Below, one piece after another: positions 56,409 through 64,000 of a DNA stretch of 64,000 bases (position 1 is the first letter of the stretch; the number at the start of each line of letters is the position of its first letter). The position numbers and the translations under genes were made by a program. The notes under the pieces were generated by a model. The model was given only the letters and a program-made list of their open reading frames with translations. It was not told the origin of the DNA and did not search any database. Origin of the DNA: Candidatus Nanoarchaeia archaeon (GTDB taxonomy: Archaea > Nanobdellota > Nanobdellia > Woesearchaeales > WJIZ01); contig JANQND010000009.1 in NCBI GenBank assembly GCA_028279765.1, forward strand, positions 65,198 to 129,197, written 5' to 3'.

Positions 56409-56767
56409 TACAAGCAACGCTCCACATCAGTAATAATCTGTTTCTTATTTCCTTCTTGTGGTATGCCAATTACTTTAATAGTTTTCTCCAGGCCGAGTGC
56501 GCTCATAAGATTCAAGAAAAACCCCACATCAAAATCATGCATGCTCAGCAGTCGTCGGGTTTTAATCTGCTCAGGATCGGCAATAACGATCGTTTTATCA
56601 ATTCCTTTGACGACATCAAGCATGACGATTTCATCACTTTCTTCATCCAATACTTCATCGGGCGATCTGCAGTGAATAACCTCAACTCCTTTCAGCTCCT
56701 GTGCAACTACTCTCGCAAGAGAATCCTGCGCAAGATACTCATTTCCAAAAACGTACAGCCTTTTCAT
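56408..56767 (-). CDS. Hydrogenase maturation protease-like protein
   Basis: FGNEY..QD, IVMLDVV, SMHD. Confidence 0.7.
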   Translation of the reverse strand: MKRLYVFGNEYLAQDSLARVVAQELKGVEVIHCRSPDEVLDEESDEIVMLDVVKGIDKTIVIADPEQIKTRRLLSMHDFDVGFFLNLMSALGLEKTIKVIGIPQEGNKKQIITDVERCL

Positions 56768-56900
56768 TGCCCTTCATATCTGTAACTTGCGTAAGTGCCT
56801 GTTGTTTCAACCAATATACTACATAAAAAACAAACCCAGTGAATAAGATAAGCCCCAGCAGGCAAACCCAGCTCGTTAGTAATCCATCAGATGTATGCAT
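56739..56900 (-). CDS. 53-aa single-TM peptide with NikM/CbiM-like N-terminus (not in ORF track)
   Basis: MHTSDGLLTSWVCLLGLILFTGFVFYVVYWLKQQ...; SD GGAGG 8 nt upstream. Confidence 0.65.
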   Translation of the reverse strand: MHTSDGLLTSWVCLLGLILFTGFVFYVVYWLKQQALTQVTDMKGNEKAVRFWK

Positions 56901-56933
56901 TGTTTCTTCCTCCAGTGTTCCTGTTTATACTAA

Positions 56934-58208
56934 TTACACCCACTTCACTTCTAAAAAATGCGCAGAGCATGAAAAGCAGGGATCATAGGATCGAATAAGC
57001 TTCTCAATATCCATAATAATGTCTTCTTTTTTCTTCTTCAAAACACTGGGAACGAACTCTCGAATATCTTCCTGCATATTGAGCAAGTTCTGTGCTGTAG
57101 GAGTAATAATATTTGCATTCGTGATCGTTCCCAGATCATCAAGCGTGTATTCGTGCCAGAGCGTTCCCCTGGGAACCTCAACAGCTCCAACACCTGTTCC
57201 TGAGCGCGGCTGAATCTTCTGCACCTCTTCAGGAACTATTTTGAGGTTTTTGCAGATCTCGATGGCATGATCCAGGCTGTGCATCATATCAATAGCCTGT
57301 GCAATGACATTATGGTAAGGGTTATAAGAGGGCAGCTTCAACCCGGATTCTTTGAGCATTTTCTTTGCATTCACACTTAATTGCTTATGACTGTTGTTCA
57401 GCCGTGACAATGCACCGACCGTATACCGATGATTCTCGCGTACGACAAAATTAGCGCTTGAATACAGCTCATGATATTCTGAAATAAACTTTCGATATTC
57501 TGACTTCTCAAACGAATTATCCTTGGAAGAAAACTTACCGTCAAGTACAGCATATTCTTTCTCATCAACTAAGGAAAACCACTCTCCTTTACTTTCAAAA
57601 TCAGGGTATTTCAAAGAAGAAAAGAGCTTGCATGCCTCACGTGCGTCCTTGCGAATAGACTCTAATTGAACTCTCATCTCATCAACTTGCTGCTGAGTTG
57701 GCAGTTTCAGCCATCCACCAATCGTTGCAGATACGGGATGAAGATCACGCGCAGCAAGCGTTTTAATAACCGCGTTTCCAACTTTCATTAAATTAAGGGC
57801 ATTTTTCAGCTGCGGCTTGTACTTCGGCGCCATGGCAAGTGCTGATTCATACCCCACATAATCCGGAAGCGCTAAAAAATACAGATGCGTAGCATGGGAT
57901 CGTATCCGCTCTCCTAATGTCATCAGAACACGAAGTGTTTTGGTTTGTTCCGTAGGATTATATCCTAAGGCATTCTCAATCGCACTGATGGCCGCAATAA
58001 CATGCGCACAGCTGCACACACCGCAAATGCGTGATGTCATCTCATGCGCCTCATAGTATTTTCTTCCGCGCACCAATCCTTCAAAATACCGGGAGCCTTC
58101 TACAGCAGAGAGCTTGCAGGTCTTCACTTTTCCTTTGTCAATACCTAGCTCAAGCTTTGCATGCCCCTCGATTTTCGTGATATGATTCAGCGTTATTGTC
58201 TTACCCAT
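56934..58208 (-). CDS. hydA: Group 3b [NiFe]-hydrogenase (sulfhydrogenase) alpha subunit
   Basis: TKIEGH, SRICGVC, EVPRG.L.H, DPCFSCSAH plus cleavable tail. Confidence 0.95.
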   Translation of the reverse strand: MGKTITLNHITKIEGHAKLELGIDKGKVKTCKLSAVEGSRYFEGLVRGRKYYEAHEMTSRICGVCSCAHVIAAISAIENALGYNPTEQTKTLRVLMTLGERIRSHATHLYFLALPDYVGYESALAMAPKYKPQLKNALNLMKVGNAVIKTLAARDLHPVSATIGGWLKLPTQQQVDEMRVQLESIRKDAREACKLFSSLKYPDFESKGEWFSLVDEKEYAVLDGKFSSKDNSFEKSEYRKFISEYHELYSSANFVVRENHRYTVGALSRLNNSHKQLSVNAKKMLKESGLKLPSYNPYHNVIAQAIDMMHSLDHAIEICKNLKIVPEEVQKIQPRSGTGVGAVEVPRGTLWHEYTLDDLGTITNANIITPTAQNLLNMQEDIREFVPSVLKKKKEDIIMDIEKLIRSYDPCFSCSAHFLEVKWV

Positions 58209-59043
58209 AATAGATCTTCTCTCCATAGAATTGTGTTTGTAGCTTATCGGGCTTTTCTCCAGGTTTCATTACTTTTTCAAGCATAGGCAGCTTGAGCCCG
58301 ACAAAAGTCCTCATCCGATCCTGTATGAACTTATCATCGAATCCACGATCACGCAGCATTTTAATCATCAAATCAAGATTCATATCTTTGGTTGGTCCTC
58401 TGCATCCCCAGCACTCAAAGCCGCCGTTAATGCAGACCGAATCACAGCCACCAGTAGTAATAGGCCCAAGGCAGGGCTTTCCGGAGTCCAGCAGGCATGT
58501 ATTACCGTTTCTGCGGCACTCCACGCACACCGGACTCTGATAAGGCCGGGGAACAATTCCCTTTGCTACACTTTTAATAAACGTAATAATTTCTTTTTTA
58601 TCCGGCGGGCAGCCGGGAATATAATAATCTACCTGGACATGCTCATCAATAGGAGTGGGGTCAACATCCTCGATTTCTTCCATTTTTTTGTATAATAAAT
58701 GCTCATAATTTTCTTTGAGGGTGAAGTGCCTATATGCAGGAACGCAGCCAGTACATGCGCAGGCACCCAGGCTGACAAGCATCTTGGTATTTTTCCGCAA
58801 TTTCTTCACGGTTTCAAGATCGCCTTTATCGGCAACAAGTCCTTCAAGAATAACGCAGTCAAACTGCTCATCAATATTGACCTCTTTGATAAAAGGAAAC
58901 GCCTTGAGATTAACCAGGTTCACGACATCGAGAATCTCGTCTTCATTGAAGATAAGCGAAAGCTGGCAGCCGGCACAACCGGTGATTCCATACACTCCTA
59001 CATTAAGTTTCTCGCTCTTAGCACTCGTATTCTTTTTACTCAT
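58201..59043 (-). CDS. hydD: Group 3b hydrogenase delta (small) subunit
   Basis: GCAGC, GACA, PGCPP, VCVEC, CLGP, CWGCRG. Confidence 0.92.
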   Translation of the reverse strand: MSKKNTSAKSEKLNVGVYGITGCAGCQLSLIFNEDEILDVVNLVNLKAFPFIKEVNIDEQFDCVILEGLVADKGDLETVKKLRKNTKMLVSLGACACTGCVPAYRHFTLKENYEHLLYKKMEEIEDVDPTPIDEHVQVDYYIPGCPPDKKEIITFIKSVAKGIVPRPYQSPVCVECRRNGNTCLLDSGKPCLGPITTGGCDSVCINGGFECWGCRGPTKDMNLDLMIKMLRDRGFDDKFIQDRMRTFVGLKLPMLEKVMKPGEKPDKLQTQFYGEKIYYG

Positions 59044-59863
59044 CGCTCAGCTCCTTCATCTCATCATATCTGAATACCGGGCCGTCTACGCATGTGAACT
59101 TTCCTTTAATCATGCAATGGCAGCACACGCCCATGGCGCAATACATTAATCGCTCTGCACTCAAAAAAATCTGCTTATCATTGAATCCCTTTTCTTTGAG
59201 CACTTCAATCACATACTTCATCATAATAGGCGGTCCGCATACAAACACAATCTTATTTTCGTTGTTGATAGGAGTTGACCGCAAAACATCAGTCACAAAA
59301 CCATGCTTTGCATCATAGCACATCTCCCCATGCGCCTCTTCATCGACCGTGACCTGCAGATGATACTTATTGCGCCACTCTTCTAACTCCCGCTTAAAGA
59401 GAACATCATTAGGTGAGCGATACCCTAAGAAGAGCATCACTTCCTTAAAATCATCGCGATGGTTCTCGACATAATCAATGATTCCTTTCAGCGGTGCAAC
59501 ACCGCATCCACCACCAATAATCAGCACATTATTCCCAGTCAGGTACTGCATAGGATATCCTCTGCCATACGGGCCACGAACAAGCAGGGTATCTCCTTTT
59601 TTGAGGTTGCCGAGCGCCTTGGTTACGGTTCCAACCTCGCGAATATTGAGTTTGATATATTCTTCGGAATCAGAACAAATAGAAATCGGTGCTTCACCAA
59701 AGCCGGGAAGCGAGAGCTGCACAAACTGTCCGGGATCATGCTTTACTTTCATATTGATCGTGATAGTGAAATTATCATCGGTCTCCCGGTAATACTCCAG
59801 CACTTTGTAGGGCTTGGGAATATAGGGGTTCTCAGTTTTTGCTTTCTGTTTCTTCTTTGCCAT
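59036..59863 (-). CDS. hydG: Group 3b hydrogenase gamma subunit (FAD/NAD(P)-binding)
   Basis: PGQF, GEAPISI, RGPYG, GGGCG.AP, VCGPP.MM, C.MG.C..C, C.DGPVF. Confidence 0.92.
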   Translation of the reverse strand: MAKKKQKAKTENPYIPKPYKVLEYYRETDDNFTITINMKVKHDPGQFVQLSLPGFGEAPISICSDSEEYIKLNIREVGTVTKALGNLKKGDTLLVRGPYGRGYPMQYLTGNNVLIIGGGCGVAPLKGIIDYVENHRDDFKEVMLFLGYRSPNDVLFKRELEEWRNKYHLQVTVDEEAHGEMCYDAKHGFVTDVLRSTPINNENKIVFVCGPPIMMKYVIEVLKEKGFNDKQIFLSAERLMYCAMGVCCHCMIKGKFTCVDGPVFRYDEMKELSDE

Positions 59864-60830
59864 GTTCCATCTTATTAATAATGTCCACGAAATCAATTCG
59901 TGTCGGGCAGCCATCAATACATCTGCCGCACCCAACACACATCTGCACGCCATATTTCTCCTTAAAATATTCTAACTGATGATAGATGCGGTGCTTGAAT
60001 CGCTCTTCCCTGTCTTCACGGAAAACATGATCTCCTGCCACTCTCGTAAACTCCTGCAGTTGGCACGAACTCCAGGATCGTTTTCGCTCACCCTTATTGA
60101 CATTTTCAGCTTTCACTTCATCGTGAATCTCAAAGCAGTAGCAGGTAGGGCAAAGCGCAGTACAGGCACCGCAGGAGAGACAAATATCCGCTCCTTTTTT
60201 CCAGTCCTTATGGTCATAAAACGCAGAAATATCCTTCTTATCTAACCGATCAGCTCCGGGTATCACCTTATCTGCCTGGGTCATCAGGCGTGTTGAAGGA
60301 CTAAAAAGCTTCCCATATTTTTCTGCAAGCTTCTTTCCTTTCTCCGATCCTACCTCAACGAGAAAATGATCTTCCTTATCATAAAACATCAAATCAAAAA
60401 AATCAATCAAGTCCAGGGAGCCGCAAAAGCAGTACGGTGATGGTGCGCTAGGGCAATGGTAACCTAGCAGTAAGCTATTTTTTCGCTGTGCAATATAATA
60501 CGGATCCTGCGTATCCTTCATGAATACGATATCCTGATGATGAATTGCGTTCAGGTCGCACTTTCTGATCCCAAAGAACGCACGTTTAGGCGAAGAAAGC
60601 GTTGTCTCCTGGATCTTATTTCCGGTGAACGTAAATAGCACTTCCTCTTTTTTGAAGAAATATTCCTTGAGCGGAAAATACGCATTCTTTTCCAGATGGA
60701 TCGTTTCTGGATTCTTCACACGCTCAAAACGCACTACATCGGTTTTGACAGGAGCAATCAGTTCATAGCTCTTGCTAAGCTGGAGCAAAAACTCATTCAA
60801 CCTCTTTTTTTCCATATGCAGAACCTGCAT
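59832..60830 (-). CDS. hydB: Group 3b hydrogenase beta subunit (4Fe-4S)
   Basis: CLSCGAC...CPTCYC, CVGCGRC...CP. Confidence 0.92.
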   Translation of the reverse strand: MQVLHMEKKRLNEFLLQLSKSYELIAPVKTDVVRFERVKNPETIHLEKNAYFPLKEYFFKKEEVLFTFTGNKIQETTLSSPKRAFFGIRKCDLNAIHHQDIVFMKDTQDPYYIAQRKNSLLLGYHCPSAPSPYCFCGSLDLIDFFDLMFYDKEDHFLVEVGSEKGKKLAEKYGKLFSPSTRLMTQADKVIPGADRLDKKDISAFYDHKDWKKGADICLSCGACTALCPTCYCFEIHDEVKAENVNKGERKRSWSSCQLQEFTRVAGDHVFREDREERFKHRIYHQLEYFKEKYGVQMCVGCGRCIDGCPTRIDFVDIINKMEHGKEETESKN

Positions 60831-60941
60831 AAGAGAAATGAAGAATTACACATATATAAATAATTGGATAACGATTGTTAAGCTTATCGGGGAGAACAGA
60901 ACCTGGAAACTTTTTTATACCATCAATGGTAATTTTGCCGT

Positions 60942-61250
60942 ATGAAACACATCATTTTTGTCCTTGCTTTACTTTTTCTTCTTTCAGGGTGTGTTATACA
61001 AGAGGAGACTCTCTCTTTAGATCCTCCTCAACCAAAATCAAAACAGCCGCAAGAAACCTTCGATTGTACCGACAAACAAAGAGAAGCAAAATCCTGCATA
61101 GAAATCCATGAGCCGGTATGCGGCTGGTTCGATGCGGAAAAGATCAAATGCGTTACGCATCCCTGCGCGCAGACATTTACCAACACTTGCTTTGCCTGCA
61201 AAGATCCTAATGTGTTATACTGGACACCGCATGAATGTCCTGAAAAGTGA
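60942..61250 (+). CDS. Lipoprotein with Kazal-like domain
   Basis: LSGC lipobox; CIEIHEPVCG...TFTNTCFAC. Confidence 0.75.
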   Translation: MKHIIFVLALLFLLSGCVIQEETLSLDPPQPKSKQPQETFDCTDKQREAKSCIEIHEPVCGWFDAEKIKCVTHPCAQTFTNTCFACKDPNVLYWTPHECPEK

Positions 61251-61251
61251 G

Positions 61252-61608
61252 TTATTTAGGAGAAATTTTGTTCACAATATCGATAACCCGTCTATCTACA
61301 TATAATCTTTGAGGCTCTCTGTTCTGTGTCAGAATCATTCCATACAATGGTTCATCAAATTTTCGCTCTGCGTACTTATCTCCATTGGCATGTTGAACAT
61401 CAAATCCATCCTTATACACTCTTGAAACAATGTATGGAATTACAAAAGGCAAGCGGTGACTGGTAAACTGAGGGTCAGGAGGGGCTTCATCCTTCTTGAA
61501 ATGGAATATACGTTCTGGCACAATTCCTTCTACCGGGAGATCACCTGTATCCCAATACAAGTCTCCCACATGTACATCACTTGGATCCAATAAAGCAATC
61601 TCTAACAT
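61252..61608 (-). CDS. Hypothetical protein
   Basis: 118-aa ORF with upstream TATA-like element. Confidence 0.5.
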   Translation of the reverse strand: MLEIALLDPSDVHVGDLYWDTGDLPVEGIVPERIFHFKKDEAPPDPQFTSHRLPFVIPYIVSRVYKDGFDVQHANGDKYAERKFDEPLYGMILTQNREPQRLYVDRRVIDIVNKISPK

Positions 61609-61653
61609 ATCCAGAAAGAATGAATTATGATTTATAAATTGGTAGGAGTTTAC

Positions 61654-62187
61654 TTACTCTCCCATGATAGAACTAAATCTTCCCTGATTGATAATCTTCA
61701 TAACCTCATCAGGAGTAAATACTCTTCCATTCATACATAAATACACTCCCGGCTGAAGATAGTTTAATTCAGAAATAGAATAACCCAGATTGAATCCACC
61801 ATCAGACATCGTAAATTCTGAGATGGGTAGCATACTGGCAGTAATGACAACTATTTGGTCTTTTCGCTTTAGGTTTGCCTTCAGGTACCGAGCAGAATCA
61901 GGAGCCGTATAAGTTCCATGGGTTATGATAATGTGCTTGCAGGAACTTTTTTCAACTTTATCAAGCACTTTCTTCAGATCAGTTCGAGTCAAATGTCTGC
62001 TATCTTTCATACAAATCTCAGAAAACTTAACTTTACTATACAGTTTTAATCCCTTAATATATCGGGGAATAATAGAATGTTCATTGGGAACAACCGTATC
62101 CTTTGATCCATCATAATAAGAATCAATCGTCCCTCCAGTCATAATAAAATGGATTTCTTTCTTTCTTTCTTTCTTTCTTTCTACCAT
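61654..62187 (-). CDS. Short-chain asparaginase (N-terminal domain only)
   Basis: TGGTIDS, KDSR, ITHGTYT, SDGGFNLG, MNGR. Confidence 0.85.
   Translation of the reverse strand: MVERKKERKKEIHFIMTGGTIDSYYDGSKDTVVPNEHSIIPRYIKGLKLYSKVKFSEICMKDSRHLTRTDLKKVLDKVEKSSCKHIIITHGTYTAPDSARYLKANLKRKDQIVVITASMLPISEFTMSDGGFNLGYSISELNYLQPGVYLCMNGRVFTPDEVMKIINQGRFSSIMGE
62154..62181. repeat. Tetranucleotide SSR (TTTC)7 inside 5' end of asparaginase gene
   Basis: Seven perfect units starting at codon 3 on the minus strand. Confidence 0.9.
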
Positions 62188-62282
62188 TACTGAACTAACT
62201 ATCCAATGATTATATAAGCATTTCGATCCATAAATAAACTCCATATAACAACCTTTATATTCCTTCTCTCTATACGACAAAC

Positions 62283-62750
62283 ATGGTAGAAAAAGCAATC
62301 TTTGCAGCAGGGTGTTTTTGGGGTGTTCAAACCACATTCGACAAGATCAATGGTGTCATCGAAACCAAAGTAGGCTATACTGGTGGAGATATTGAGAACC
62401 CTACCTATGAGCAGGTATGCAGCAAAACAACTGGACATGCAGAGGCAATTGAGATTACGTATGATCCCGATAAGGTATCCTATGATGAGCTCCTGGATAT
62501 GTTTTGGCGATCCCATGATCCTACCACAGTAAATCGACAAGGGCCTGACATTGGCACACAATACCGCTCAGCAATATTCTTTACGACAAAAGAGCAGGAA
62601 ACAATAGCCAAAAAATCCAAAGAAGAACATCAAAAAATCATTCACAAGCCTATTGTAACCGAAATTGCTTCTGCAAGCACTTTCTATGAAGCAGAAGAAT
62701 ACCATCAGAAATATCTGGAAAAACGAGGAAGAGCAAGCTGTCACATCTAA
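62283..62750 (+). CDS. msrA: Peptide methionine sulfoxide reductase A
   Basis: [33 protein letters not shown]. Confidence 0.97.
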   Translation: MVEKAIFAAGCFWGVQTTFDKINGVIETKVGYTGGDIENPTYEQVCSKTTGHAEAIEITYDPDKVSYDELLDMFWRSHDPTTVNRQGPDIGTQYRSAIFFTTKEQETIAKKSKEEHQKIIHKPIVTEIASASTFYEAEEYHQKYLEKRGRASCHI

Positions 62751-62759
62751 TCTTAGACT

Positions 62760-63788
62760 ATGGAACCAAAAGCCTGTTGTCATTGCGCGCCAAAACCCTG
62801 GTATAGGGAAAAACTGTTCTATATTGTAGTCCTTACCATAGCCCTTCTCGTTCTCTCTTACAATGTCACCCTTCTCCACCCTTTCTTTGACACTTTCATG
62901 GATTATCTTAAAATCATCTGGTGGGCAATCCTCCTAGGAATTCTTGTTAGTGGTATCATCGAACACTATATTCCTCAGGAATACATCATGAAATACCTCT
63001 CTCAACACAAAAAACGAACGATTCTCCATGCCACACTGTTTGGATTCTTAATGACGGTATGCTCCCACGGCGTTCTTGCTATTGCTATTCAACTCTATAA
63101 GAAAGGAGCATCCATTCCTGCAGTCGTAGCATTCTTGCTCGCATCACCCTGGGCAAATTTTACCATGACTATACTATTGTTTGGTTTCTTTGGTCTCAAG
63201 GCACTCCTTATTATCTTCTCAGCAATTATCATAGCAATCATTACCGGACTAATCTACCAACTGCTGGAAAAAAAGAAACTCATTGAACAAAGCAAGCCAG
63301 TAACGATGAGCAATAATTTCTCTATTCGAGCAGACCTCAAAAAACGCTACAAGAACTACCGCTTTACCCTGGAAGCAGTGCAAAAAGATGTAAAGGGAAT
63401 TTTAAGAGGATCAAAAGACATCTCTAAAATGATCTTATGGTGGATACTCATAGGAATGATCCTCGCATCAGCAGCCGGGGCTTTCATTCCGGTGCACATC
63501 TTTCATCAGTACATGGGCCCCACAATCATCGGATTACTTATTACCCTAGCAATCGCAACCGTGATCGAAGTGTGCTCAGAAGGGTCATCGCCGCTTGCCT
63601 TTGAAATCTATCGGCAAACCGGCGCTTTGGGAAATTCTTTCACCTTCTTAATGGCAGGAGTGGCAACAGATTATACGGAAATAGGCCTTCTCTGGTCAAA
63701 TATTGGAAAGAAAACAGCATTATGGCTTCCGATTATCACCGTACCGCAGATACTGGTTTTTGCGGTTGTATTTAACGTGGTTTTCTAG
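62760..63788 (+). CDS. ArsP/DUF318-family permease
   Basis: Duplicated VCS.G motifs, AFLLASP, FL.AG. Confidence 0.85.
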   Translation: MEPKACCHCAPKPWYREKLFYIVVLTIALLVLSYNVTLLHPFFDTFMDYLKIIWWAILLGILVSGIIEHYIPQEYIMKYLSQHKKRTILHATLFGFLMTVCSHGVLAIAIQLYKKGASIPAVVAFLLASPWANFTMTILLFGFFGLKALLIIFSAIIIAIITGLIYQLLEKKKLIEQSKPVTMSNNFSIRADLKKRYKNYRFTLEAVQKDVKGILRGSKDISKMILWWILIGMILASAAGAFIPVHIFHQYMGPTIIGLLITLAIATVIEVCSEGSSPLAFEIYRQTGALGNSFTFLMAGVATDYTEIGLLWSNIGKKTALWLPIITVPQILVFAVVFNVVF

Positions 63789-63801
63789 TGCTATTTAACT
63801 A

Positions 63802-63889
63802 GGCAAAAACAATGGCGCAGACGAGCTTAGCCTCTAAGCTCGAGATTTTCTGAAAGAAAATCGCTCTGCCTGCCCCTGTTGTTGTTGCC
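63802..63889. repeat. Structured dispersed intergenic element, copy 2
   Basis: Homologous to 18860-18947 with compensatory substitutions. Confidence 0.85.
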
Positions 63890-64000
63890 GACAAGAGCTA
63901 CTAACCTTCATTTTCTCCCTTATAAATATCTTCTAAAGATTTATATACTATAACTTCAGAGTAGTACAAAACAAGCAATGGAGGTAATACTCATGAAAAA

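Noticed and set aside
63993-64000. CDS start after SD GGAGGT at the window edge
   Set aside because: Only about two codons visible; cannot be called

Overview
Gene-dense chromosomal segment of an archaeon. The archaeal markers are Kae1, class I CCA enzyme, RpoE1/Spt4/eS24/eS31, SRP54, EndoQ, TrmB, a BHB-intron tRNA and TATA-type promoters; gene content suggests DPANN, probably Woesearchaeota-like (inference). It carries housekeeping and repair genes, a bacterial-style xylA at the left end, several surface and adhesin genes, a PIN/AbrB toxin-antitoxin pair, tRNA-Arg(GCG), a class III RNR operon and a group 3b [NiFe]-hydrogenase operon. No CRISPR array, transposase or integrase was seen. Best leads: (1) a dispersed ~88-nt Y-shaped structured element in two copies 45 kb apart with compensatory base changes; (2) an apparently circularly permuted GGDEF-like protein; (3) three small ORFs missed by the ORF track (a Cys-rich peptide before nrdD, a stand-alone glycyl-radical domain of a split NrdD, and a NikM-like MHxxDG membrane peptide in the hydrogenase operon); (4) a Whirly-like protein coupled to an exonuclease; (5) an outer-membrane-type beta-barrel protein; (6) a giant surface protein with an unfamiliar ~23-aa GASSNG repeat. 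All family calls come from motif recognition by eye; no searches were run. Some start coordinates were moved from the ORF track to the more plausible ATG.
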